A program made the position numbers and the translations under genes. A stretch of DNA of 64,000 nucleotides from an uncultured Pseudomonadales bacterium. GTDB taxonomy: Bacteria > Patescibacteriota > Microgenomatia > UBA1400 > PJMF01. The notes beneath the pieces were generated by a model, which was given only the letters and a program-made list of their open reading frames with translations, made no database searches and was not told where the DNA came from. Below, piece by piece: positions 48,577 through 56,953 of the stretch (position 1 is its first letter; the number at the start of each line of letters is the position of its first letter). The DNA lies in NCBI GenBank assembly GCA_964404025.1, contig CAYOIJ010000003.1:10727-74726 (forward strand), in the 5' to 3' direction.

Positions 48577-50241
48577 CTAAAAATCCCAAATTACCGGCAA
48601 AATCATAGGTTCACGACGAATAATTTTGAATAGACGACGAGCTAAACGCTTTTCTAAATGGTGTTTTAATTCTTCGTCTTTAACATTTCTTCCCAACCCC
48701 TTAATGATGGTTACCGTTTCTTTTTCAATATATTTAATTACTTCATCAGCTTCTTTCATAAAAACAAAACCTCGTGAAATAACCTGCATTTTATTGAAAT
48801 CAAACCGTCTTTTAAATCTTGGCAACAATAAAACAATAATTCCAGCTTTAGATAAATTTAAACGATCAGATAAAACCACTGGCCCAACATCACCTATGCC
48901 AAAACCATCAATAGTTTTTGCAGATAGGGATATTTCTCGAGCAACTGATGCACCTTTTTGATCAATTTGTAAAATTTCTCCACTCTTGGGTATTAAAATT
49001 TGCCAATCTTTATAACCTAAGGGTCTAGCCACCGTTTTTTTGAATAAAGTGCGATGACGATCAGCACCTCCAATCGGCATAGTTAATTTAGGCTTGAGTA
49101 GTTTCAACATTACTTCTTGCTCACCACGACTAGCATGGCCAGAGCGATGAATATCTGGACGAATATCCGGATAAACAACCTCTACATCATCAGCTGCTAA
49201 TTGATCTATAGCTGCGTAATAGGGAATTTCATTGCCTGGAATCACATCTGCTGAAAAAATAACTTTATCTTGATTGGTGATTTGCACTATTTGATGATCA
49301 CCATAAACAGCTCTAACTAGAGAAGAGCCCTCTTGTCCCTGACTGCCAGCAATAATTATACAAAGCTTGTCATCTGCTAATTGGTTAATTTTTTTCTTAT
49401 CTAAAAGTAAGCCTTTGGGAATGTTCAAGCTTTTGGATTGAGTGGCACTTCTTACATTTTGCTCTACACTTCGACCTACAAAAACAACCTTTCGGCCTAA
49501 TTTAATACAAGCATCAAGTGTTTGTTGAATACGATGCAAATGAGAACTCATTAAAGTGACTAAGATTTTTCCCTTAACATCTTTCATTTCCCTAAGCAAA
49601 GCAGGACCAACCGTTGATTCAGATGGAGTCCAATCGTCTCTTTCTACCCTTAGACAATCTAAAGAGGCCATTAACAAATCTCCATCTTGACCAATTTTTT
49701 CTATGAAATCCATATCACTAAGTCGTCCGTCAACGGGATGTTTATCTAATTTAAAATCACTACCATGATAAATTTTACCTACAGGAGTCTCTAGTAAAAT
49801 ATGTTTTGAGTCAGGCACTGAATGAGTAACAGCAATTAATTGAAATTTAAAAAATTGACTTAAATTTAATTGTTGTCGATCATTTAAAACTTGAATTTTT
49901 CTATCAAGTTTTTTATCTAATAAGCGATCATGAGCAAATTGAGCTGTCAGTGGTGAAGCATAAATAGGAAAATCCGGTAAATTTGGTAATAAATAAGGCA
50001 AAGCCCCAATGTGATCATCATGACCATGACTCAAAATCATACCAACTATTTTTGCTCCTGATTCTAGTTGATTTAACAAATAACTTATATCTGGAATGAG
50101 AGCATCGACTCCGGGCATATACATGTCAGGAAAACCAATGCCACAATCGATTAATAAAATTTCCTGTTGATACTGGTATAAATAAAGATTTTGGGTAACT
50201 CGACCCATACCTCCTAAAGCTAAAAAGTTAAGTTTTGACAT
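48577..50241 (-). CDS. rnj: ribonuclease J (metallo-beta-lactamase / beta-CASP)
   Basis: The HGHDDHIGALPYL metal-binding motif is present, with 554 aa of RNase J-family sequence. Confidence 0.88.
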   Translation of the reverse strand: MSKLNFLALGGMGRVTQNLYLYQYQQEILLIDCGIGFPDMYMPGVDALIPDISYLLNQLESGAKIVGMILSHGHDDHIGALPYLLPNLPDFPIYASPLTAQFAHDRLLDKKLDRKIQVLNDRQQLNLSQFFKFQLIAVTHSVPDSKHILLETPVGKIYHGSDFKLDKHPVDGRLSDMDFIEKIGQDGDLLMASLDCLRVERDDWTPSESTVGPALLREMKDVKGKILVTLMSSHLHRIQQTLDACIKLGRKVVFVGRSVEQNVRSATQSKSLNIPKGLLLDKKKINQLADDKLCIIIAGSQGQEGSSLVRAVYGDHQIVQITNQDKVIFSADVIPGNEIPYYAAIDQLAADDVEVVYPDIRPDIHRSGHASRGEQEVMLKLLKPKLTMPIGGADRHRTLFKKTVARPLGYKDWQILIPKSGEILQIDQKGASVAREISLSAKTIDGFGIGDVGPVVLSDRLNLSKAGIIVLLLPRFKRRFDFNKMQVISRGFVFMKEADEVIKYIEKETVTIIKGLGRNVKDEELKHHLEKRLARRLFKIIRREPMILPVIWDF

Positions 50242-50243
50242 AT

Positions 50244-50903
50244 TTAAAATAATTCCTCTCTCAATTGCGCTTTTAATTTCAAAGTCTCTTGTTGTGAATC
50301 TATCCAGCTTATAATTTTTTTAATTTTCTTGAAATCCTCAATAAATAGTTTTTTTACTTTAACAGACCTTAGGGCTGCTGCTGGATGATACATTGGTAAA
50401 ATAAACAAATCTTGATCCTGCCATCTTAACCTATGTAAGCGACCATGTATTTGTGAAATTTTAACATCTTCTAAAAATTTAGCCATACTAAAACGCCCCA
50501 AGGTAACAATTAATTTGGGTTTGATTAGTTCAATCTCCTTATCTAAAAAAGGTTTAAAAGCTAAAATTTCTTTAGGTAAAGGGTCTCGATTATTTGGTGG
50601 ACGTACTTTAATAATATTTGTGATAAAAACTGTTTCAGTGGGACAATTAACTTCTAAAAGAGTTTTACGTAACAATTGACCAGAACGACCAACAAAAGGA
50701 CGTCTTTCTAAGGTTTCATGATAACCAGGAGCCTCACCAATTAACATAATGTCTGCGCTTTGCTTTCCTTCACCATAAACTACATCCTCAGCTCGATTAA
50801 CTAGAGGAAGCGTTTTTGCAGTTTCTTCAATCAGAGATTCTAATTTAGATAAAGTTTTAAGTTCAATTAATAGTTTCTCCACTGATAAATCAGTCTTTGG
50901 CAT
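50244..50903 (-). CDS. uracil-DNA glycosylase, family 4
   Basis: GEAPGYHE and the FVGRSGQLL motif are present. Confidence 0.8.
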   Translation of the reverse strand: MPKTDLSVEKLLIELKTLSKLESLIEETAKTLPLVNRAEDVVYGEGKQSADIMLIGEAPGYHETLERRPFVGRSGQLLRKTLLEVNCPTETVFITNIIKVRPPNNRDPLPKEILAFKPFLDKEIELIKPKLIVTLGRFSMAKFLEDVKISQIHGRLHRLRWQDQDLFILPMYHPAAALRSVKVKKLFIEDFKKIKKIISWIDSQQETLKLKAQLREELF

Positions 50904-50922
50904 ACCCCAATTCTAACATAAG

Positions 50923-51987
50923 CTAATAGGTGGGTAGAAAAATTTTGACATTATCTGGCCTAATAATCACTTCTTCAAAACCACGCTCTACAATAATTCG
51001 TGCTGCTTTACGCACCGCACCCTTAAGAGTGCGCTGCAGCGTTCTTACTCCAGCATCAAAACCCAAAGGACGCACTAAGGTTGGCCAAATTGCTTCATCA
51101 ATTTTGAATTGACTTTCTTTCAAACCAGCCTCTTTGATAATGCTTGGCAAGATATACTTTTTAGCAATTACTATCTTTTCTTCATCGCTATAAGATGGCA
51201 TATCAATCCGTTCCATACGATCAATTACTGCGGTTGCAATGCGTCGAGTGTTATTACAAGTAGCAATGAAAATTGCTTGGCTCAAATTAACTGGGTAATT
51301 AATGTAATTATCTACAAAAGCATGATTTTGAGCTGGATCTAACAGCTCTACTAAAACCCCCATAATATCATTATTGGCTTCATCAGCGGCTCGATCAATT
51401 TCGTCAAGCAAAATCACAGGATTCATTGTTTTAGCTTCACACAAACCCTGTATCACTGCTCCGGGTTGAGCTTCTAAAATCAGTCGCGATTCACCACGCA
51501 GTTCTTTAGCAGATACCATGCCGCCAATGGGAATGCGCACTAATTGACGCCCTAGCGCTTCTGCCAAAGAATAGGCAAAAGTAGTTTTTCCAGTGCCCAC
51601 TAGACCGACTAATAGTAAAATCGGTGCAGAGAATTCTTGGCTAGTAAAGTTTTGTTTTTGTAAATTAAGAATAGCTAAATATTCTAAAAAACGATCCTTA
51701 ACCTCTTTTAAACCATAATGATGTTTATCAAAAACTATTTTAGCCGCCTGAATATCTAGAGTGTCTTCACTTTTTTGAGCAAAAGGGATCTTAATTACCC
51801 AATCTAAATAACGAGAAACTTTGTCGTATTTTTCATCATAATTTCCCAATTTGACACTGCGCTCTAGAGAGCTTAATTCTTTTTTTAATTTTGATAAAAG
51901 CTCTTCTGGCAATTGAATTTGTTCAATTTTTGCTTTAAGCTCGTCAAGTTCTTGATTTAAAATTTCTTCAGAATTAATTTGAGACAT
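50923..51987 (-). CDS. Lon-like AAA+ ATPase. It has a Lon ATPase module but no LON N-domain and no S16 protease domain.
   Basis: It aligns by eye to the Lon region ...YLDWVIKIPF...DKHHYGLKEVKDRFLEYLA...GLVGTGKTTFAYSLAEALGRQLVRIPIGG...ILLDEIDR. The protein ends at 354 aa. Confidence 0.65.
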   Translation of the reverse strand: MSQINSEEILNQELDELKAKIEQIQLPEELLSKLKKELSSLERSVKLGNYDEKYDKVSRYLDWVIKIPFAQKSEDTLDIQAAKIVFDKHHYGLKEVKDRFLEYLAILNLQKQNFTSQEFSAPILLLVGLVGTGKTTFAYSLAEALGRQLVRIPIGGMVSAKELRGESRLILEAQPGAVIQGLCEAKTMNPVILLDEIDRAADEANNDIMGVLVELLDPAQNHAFVDNYINYPVNLSQAIFIATCNNTRRIATAVIDRMERIDMPSYSDEEKIVIAKKYILPSIIKEAGLKESQFKIDEAIWPTLVRPLGFDAGVRTLQRTLKGAVRKAARIIVERGFEEVIIRPDNVKIFLPTY

Positions 51988-51993
51988 AAAAAA

Positions 51994-52512
51994 CTAAAAT
52001 TGCTTTGCTTGAAGTGCGAAGCCCAAACCAATACTAAGCATAGCTAAAGCCAAGAATATAATAGTCGTAGTAGTTGAACCAGCTTGTGGCAAAGTTCCAT
52101 CCGAAGCACTGGCTATTGCTTCTGTTGATGCTGTTGACCCTGTTGCTTCAGTACTATCACCAATAGTTAAAACAAAATCTAGTGTTTCTGCTCCAGATTC
52201 TAAATTAAACTGATGCCTGCCCTCAGTTAATGATGACACCAAATTAGTCCAACCCCCCTCTGCATCAGCTGTCGCAGTTTGTGTTGAATCATCAATTAAA
52301 ATTGATACGGTGGCCGAAGGAGAAGCTAAACCTGTTAATTCAAATGTGCCACCAGAATAAGTGTAGTTCTTTAAACTGCCTCCTAGATCTAGTCCCGAGA
52401 CATCTATGGGTCCTAAGCCCGTAATCTTTAAAGAAGCAGCCGAAACTTTTTTGACAAAAAGCAAGGGAAAGAGAAGTAATAAAAGTACAGTGCTAATAAA
52501 AAATTTTTTCAT
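51994..52512 (-). CDS. small secreted surface protein with a C-terminal LPQAG sortase sorting signal (paralog B)
   Basis: Signal peptide MKKFFISTVLLLLLFPLLFVKKVSA. The C-terminus is GTLPQAG-STTTTIIFLALAMLSIGLGFAL-QAKQF. It shares blocks with paralog A (GLASPSATV / GTASPSAEV; ETLDFVL / ESLDLVV). Confidence 0.7.
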   Translation of the reverse strand: MKKFFISTVLLLLLFPLLFVKKVSAASLKITGLGPIDVSGLDLGGSLKNYTYSGGTFELTGLASPSATVSILIDDSTQTATADAEGGWTNLVSSLTEGRHQFNLESGAETLDFVLTIGDSTEATGSTASTEAIASASDGTLPQAGSTTTTIIFLALAMLSIGLGFALQAKQF

Positions 52513-52535
52513 GTCTCCAGTTCAGTCTAGCATTA

Positions 52536-53474
52536 TTATTTTTTTTGTGCAGCTAGTAATTCTAACATTTGATCACGACGCAACAAGCCAGTCTTGGCTC
52601 CATAAAATTTAACAACACTACTAGCATTTCGCACTCCCCAAACGATCGCCTCCTCAACTTTTCGCTTATCTAACAAAGCAGCAATGTAAGCAGCTGCAAA
52701 AGAATCTCCAGCCCCTGTATTATCTATGGCCTTACTAGACTGGCCCTCATAGATAAATTTCTTTTTACCATACAAGTACACTTCTCCACCTTTTTTACCC
52801 ATTGTCACAATTACCTGTGGAAAATGGGCTAGAATCTCTTGTTGGACCTCAGCTAACATTAGCCATTCCTGTTGATTAACAAAAAATACTTCACAGGGAA
52901 CTTTCTCTAAATCAAAAGTCTTATTTATTAATAACTCTATTTCACTTTTACCAGGATTCCAAGACAACTTAGTGTCCTGATCCTTAATTAAACTACGAAA
53001 AATTTTTGATAAAGTGTCTTTCTGACCAGCAATACTAGACAAATGAACCCAAGTCGCTTGAGTCAACCAAAAAGAAGGTATGTCATAAGGATCGAGCATA
53101 GAAGCTGCACCTCGATAAGTCATGGCTACTCGATTACCACCTTTGGTTACGAGCAGCACGCTTCCACCAGTTCTTTCTAATTTTTCTTTAATTAACAATT
53201 GTGTGTTCACTCCTTCACGTTCAAAATCATTCATTATCAAATCAGAAAACTCATCCTGACCAGTTTCAGAAATAACAGCCACCCTGTAACCTAAGCGTGC
53301 TAAAGCCACTGAAGTATTGCTAGCACCACCACCAGTAAATATATGAAAATCACTTAGGGCCAATTTGTCACCATAGGTTAAAATTTGTTCTTGCTTACTA
53401 TGACTAGCCTCTAGATCTTTAGAGCTAATAAAAATGTCAACTAGTGAAGATCCAATACTGATGCAGTCGTACAT
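52536..53474 (-). CDS. PfkB-family carbohydrate or nucleoside kinase (ribokinase-like)
   Basis: GGGASNTSVALARLG and the PfkB signature DNTGAGDSFAAAYI are present. Confidence 0.8.
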   Translation of the reverse strand: MYDCISIGSSLVDIFISSKDLEASHSKQEQILTYGDKLALSDFHIFTGGGASNTSVALARLGYRVAVISETGQDEFSDLIMNDFEREGVNTQLLIKEKLERTGGSVLLVTKGGNRVAMTYRGAASMLDPYDIPSFWLTQATWVHLSSIAGQKDTLSKIFRSLIKDQDTKLSWNPGKSEIELLINKTFDLEKVPCEVFFVNQQEWLMLAEVQQEILAHFPQVIVTMGKKGGEVYLYGKKKFIYEGQSSKAIDNTGAGDSFAAAYIAALLDKRKVEEAIVWGVRNASSVVKFYGAKTGLLRRDQMLELLAAQKK

Positions 53475-53540
53475 AGGCAGGTAAAAACATTGTACAAGAA
53501 AATTAAGTAGATTTGCAAGACTTGAGATTATTTTTTTATC

Positions 53541-54161
53541 TTATTCTAAGCGCTTTTGCATTTCTTCTTCGAACAAGTGAAGAGCTACTTTAAACTCTTC
53601 TAAATTATCAACAATTCGATAAACCTTTGATTCCTTGTAGCCAATTAAAAAATGTTTATGAATAACATCCATCACTTCGTGCCAGAAATGACCATATAAA
53701 ATCATTGGCTTATGATTGCCATAATAAAGGTGAGCTAAAAGCCAAGCAGTAGCCCATTCACTCAAAGTGCCGGTCCCACCCTGAAAGCAAACGAAAAGAT
53801 CTGCATTATCCATGAGACCAAACATACGTTCTATATAGTTACTAGTTTTAATTTCTCGATCAACTATATTTTCAAAATCACGACCCTCAAATTCAGGCAT
53901 ATTAACTGGGTTAAAGGTAACCGCTAAAATTTCACCATTCACTGACTTTGCCCCTTTGCTAGCTGCACCCATTACCCCAGGACCACCACCGTTGATCACA
54001 ATCTTTTTTTGGCTAGCCACATAAGCGGCTACTGCAAAAGCAGCTTGGCAAACCGGATGGTCAGTGTTTAAGTCTGCACCTCCATAAAAAGCAATTTTCT
54101 CTACTTTACATAAGCGGTTTGCTCTAGGAACCACTATTTTTTTTCGTTCCTCTTGATTCAT
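53541..54161 (-). CDS. LOG-family protein (nucleotide 5'-monophosphate phosphoribohydrolase / TIGR00730 Rossmann fold)
   Basis: GGGPGVMGAAS and the LOG motif GGTGTLSE (PGGxGTxxE-like) are present. Confidence 0.75.
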   Translation of the reverse strand: MNQEERKKIVVPRANRLCKVEKIAFYGGADLNTDHPVCQAAFAVAAYVASQKKIVINGGGPGVMGAASKGAKSVNGEILAVTFNPVNMPEFEGRDFENIVDREIKTSNYIERMFGLMDNADLFVCFQGGTGTLSEWATAWLLAHLYYGNHKPMILYGHFWHEVMDVIHKHFLIGYKESKVYRIVDNLEEFKVALHLFEEEMQKRLE

Positions 54162-54823
54162 AAAAGTTCTTTCTTTAAATTACTAAAAGCTAAATCAAAA
54201 TTTTGGGCATTAAACAATGCAGATCCGACAGCCACTTGGTCAACACCAGCTTGTTTTAAAATCTTGATGTGCTGCTGTTTAACTCCACCATCAACACTGA
54301 TTTTAAACTGTTTATTTAGCTTCTCTGCTAGAGTTTTTAACTCTTTAATTTTATCAAGCACTAAATTATCAAAACTTTGCCCTTGTTGACCAGCCTCAAC
54401 TGCCATTAACAAAAAATGATCTGACCATTCCCAAGAAGCATCTTCTATGCTCTCAAGAGGTGTAAAGAGATCCAGTGCTAGACCGGCTTGCCAACCAGCT
54501 TTTTTAATTTCTTCTAAGAAATCTACCTGCTGAGACATCTTTTCAACCTGACCAATTACTGATCTTGTTGGTAATCGCTTACCACACTCAATCAATTCCC
54601 AAACATAATCCATTGGTTCCTCTGTCATTAAATGAAAATCTATTGACAATTTACCAAAATCAAAATCCAGCAAATCACTTGGATAAACAGTAATATTATT
54701 TGTAAATAAAGCATCAATTATATCTATTTGTATAACCTCAATGTCTACTTGATTTTTCACTAACTCTAACTGCTGAGCAAAAGTAGCCAAACTATCAGTT
54801 AAAATAGCTGGATTAATTTTCAT
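54158..54823 (-). CDS. divergent ribulose-phosphate 3-epimerase-like TIM-barrel protein
   Basis: It aligns to Rpe at INPAILTDSLATF (PSILSADFA), IDFHLMT (DVHLMV), AVEAGQQGQSF (SVNPGFGGQSF), SVDGGVK (EVDGGVK) and VAVGSALF (VAGSAIF). The first metal-binding His (HxDVMD) is replaced by IQIDIID. Confidence 0.55.
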   Translation of the reverse strand: MKINPAILTDSLATFAQQLELVKNQVDIEVIQIDIIDALFTNNITVYPSDLLDFDFGKLSIDFHLMTEEPMDYVWELIECGKRLPTRSVIGQVEKMSQQVDFLEEIKKAGWQAGLALDLFTPLESIEDASWEWSDHFLLMAVEAGQQGQSFDNLVLDKIKELKTLAEKLNKQFKISVDGGVKQQHIKILKQAGVDQVAVGSALFNAQNFDLAFSNLKKELL

Positions 54824-55271
54824 TGCCAGCCCTCATTTGTTCTTCATATTCAGCAATTTGTTTAATTCTTCTTAAATGTCTTTCTTCATCGCTAGGTTTT
54901 GTATTAATAATTGTTAACAAATAATCTAAAACTTTCTGCTTGCTTAAAAAATCAGCTCCAAAAGCAAAAACATTAGCATGATTATCCTTAACCGCATGTT
55001 TGGCGATGCTTTGATCATAAACATCAACTGCTCGCACGCCTTTAACTTTGTTAGCAGCAATTACCATACCCGAACCAGAACGACAAAATAATAAACCAAT
55101 GCTGTCATCTTTAGCATGAGCTATTTCTTCTGCTAGTTTAAAAGCAAATTTAGGATAGTCATCATCTGGATCAAGCTTCATTGGACCGAGATCAACAACT
55201 TGCTCATTTAAGAATTCTTTAACTTCTTCCTTAAGATTAAATCCTCCATGATCACTGGCCATATAAATTTT
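54813..55271 (-). CDS. rpiB: ribose-5-phosphate isomerase B. The true start is at MKIYMASDHGG; the ORF-track start at 55325 is an upstream extension.
   Basis: SDHGGFNLKE and the catalytic-Cys region LLFCRSGSGMVIAANKVKGVRAV are present. Confidence 0.82.
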   Translation of the reverse strand, partial: KIYMASDHGGFNLKEEVKEFLNEQVVDLGPMKLDPDDDYPKFAFKLAEEIAHAKDDSIGLLFCRSGSGMVIAANKVKGVRAVDVYDQSIAKHAVKDNHANVFAFGADFLSKQKVLDYLLTIINTKPSDEERHLRRIKQIAEYEEQMRAGNEN

Positions 55272-55364
55272 CATAGACTTATCATAACAAATATATGAGA
55301 AAAGCAAAAAAGAAAAACCCCACATTAATAAAAAGGTGGGGTTTTAATTGACAAATGAGAAAAA

Positions 55365-55565
55365 TTATTTTTTCTTCAATACTGGCATGCCAGTGCGAGA
55401 TGTCTCAACAACCATGTAACCGGCTGGGACTGCACTCAACGAACCATCACGAATGTCACGTGCAAAAAAGTAAATGGTTTGCACACGACCATTTTTCAGG
55501 GTCACATCACGAGTGTGAAGGTAATAAGTTTGACCCTTTTTATTGGTGTAGCTAAAAGCTGCCAT
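55365..55565 (-). CDS. small conserved hypothetical protein (66 aa)
   Basis: A strong SD (AAGGAG) lies 8 nt upstream. The sequence MAAFSYTNKKGQTYYLHTRDVTLKNGRVQTIYFFARD...VPAGYMVVETSRTGMPVLKKK has the look of a conserved small protein. It is preferred over the fully overlapping plus-strand ORF. Confidence 0.5.
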   Translation of the reverse strand: MAAFSYTNKKGQTYYLHTRDVTLKNGRVQTIYFFARDIRDGSLSAVPAGYMVVETSRTGMPVLKKK

Positions 55566-55703
55566 ACTATTCTCCTTTTTCCTGACTCTTGGCCAGGATA
55601 ATTGTTAATTACTAATTCTTAGCCTAACATACTTGACTAGTATATCAAGAAGCAATTTCAATTTTTAACTATCAAAATATATCAATATATATCAATAAAA
55701 TAT

Positions 55704-56201
55704 TTAATTTTCAATAATTCCTCTTAGGAGAGCGTCCTCAAGAAGTAAATCTGATTCTGTGCTAACAACCACTTCAATAGGTAAAACCTCAGCAGGCACT
55801 GAAGCTGAACCAATAAAACCTGCCTTAGAATAAGTGAGCGTAAACACTTTTTTCTTAGTATCACCATCAATTTCTTTAAGCCAAACTGCAAAAGCCTCGC
55901 TGCTATCTGGCAAGTTAGCTGTTACTGTAAAGTTGAGCTTATCATCTACCAACTGATAACGAACTTCACCACTAGCTTCCCCAACAGCCATCATTTCAAC
56001 TGTCGCAAAATCAGCAGTCCCTCTAATAATACTTTCCTCTTCTTCTTGAGTTAGGGTTGTAATTTCCAAATCATTACTCAATAAACTATTCCCTTGCTCA
56101 GCCACTCTGTTAGAGTACCAGCGAAAAAACATAAAAACGACAAAAGCAAAAGCTAATAGTGGGAAAATATAAGGGACAACTTTTTTAAGTTTTTCTTGCA
56201 T
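55704..56201 (-). CDS. hypothetical membrane-anchored protein (N-terminal TM, acidic ectodomain)
   Basis: It has a single N-terminal hydrophobic segment, VVPYIFPLLAFAFVVFMFF, and no recognisable motif. Confidence 0.4.
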   Translation of the reverse strand: MQEKLKKVVPYIFPLLAFAFVVFMFFRWYSNRVAEQGNSLLSNDLEITTLTQEEEESIIRGTADFATVEMMAVGEASGEVRYQLVDDKLNFTVTANLPDSSEAFAVWLKEIDGDTKKKVFTLTYSKAGFIGSASVPAEVLPIEVVVSTESDLLLEDALLRGIIEN

Positions 56202-56318
56202 GAGACCTTTGGCCTAAGCCAGTAACTGCTATATTGTGATACTATTTTGAAGTATAAATAAGAAGCTGTCAAGATCAGTTGATTTTAATATTATGGGATT
56301 GAAATTTCATTTAAAATT

Positions 56319-56885
56319 TTAAGTCTTTTGCCAATCCCTACCATACCATAAACCAATCGCTAATTTGGCAATTGCCACATACTCTTCAGTACGATCAATG
56401 AAGCCTTTGGTTAAAATTCCAATTGCCCCACTTTTACGTTTCAAATCTAAATCATCAAATAAATCACCGATAACATGCCCGAGTTCTTGGCCAGCTAAGA
56501 TTCCATTAGCTAAAACCTGAGGCAAACGAAATCTAGCTCCGCTAGCAGAATAAATATCTCCTTTTTGATCGAGAACACTAATCCAAACTGTGGACCAGAG
56601 CTCACTATCATTTTGAACAAATTTTGGACAATAAACCCCACCCTCTGCACCAATAAACAAAGCTTCTTCATCTGGCAAACAATAGGATTTTGCCAAAACT
56701 ATTTTTTTTAATGCCTTAGCTCGATTAATAGAACCTCTTAGAGTTTCTTCATCTGTCATTGGTTGTTCCGAAACCCCACTGGCAACTGCAAGTCCACGCA
56801 CTTCAACGTCGGGATAGTTATCACTAGCAGCAATGGTGATAGCATTAATCTTAACTGGATTTTCTGAAGCTACAAAAATTTTCAT
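56319..56885 (-). CDS. yjjX: inosine/xanthosine triphosphatase (YjjX family non-canonical NTP pyrophosphatase)
   Basis: MKIFVASENPVKINAI...ASGVSEQPMTDEETLRGSINRAKA aligns with E. coli YjjX (VCATTNPAKI...[22 protein letters not shown]). Confidence 0.7.
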   Translation of the reverse strand: MKIFVASENPVKINAITIAASDNYPDVEVRGLAVASGVSEQPMTDEETLRGSINRAKALKKIVLAKSYCLPDEEALFIGAEGGVYCPKFVQNDSELWSTVWISVLDQKGDIYSASGARFRLPQVLANGILAGQELGHVIGDLFDDLDLKRKSGAIGILTKGFIDRTEEYVAIAKLAIGLWYGRDWQKT

Positions 56886-56953
56886 TAGTCACTTTTATTA
56901 TTCTAAATGCTTATATTGTTCTAAATACAGTACTTAACACTCATCAGTTGGCG

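Noticed and set aside
54813-55325. The long form of rpiB starting MWGFSFLLFSYICYDKS...
   Set aside because: Homology to RpiB begins at the internal MKIYMASDHGG, and the upstream 18 codons have no counterpart. I chose the shorter start at 55271.
55355-55555. A Cys/His-rich 66-aa plus-strand ORF (MRKIIFSSILACQCEMSQQPC...HHECEGNKFDPFYWCS) that looked like a small metal-binding peptide.
   Set aside because: It is the exact antisense of a minus-strand ORF that has a strong AAGGAG SD and a conserved-looking small-protein sequence. The plus ORF has no SD; its Cys/His richness is a by-product of the complementary codons.
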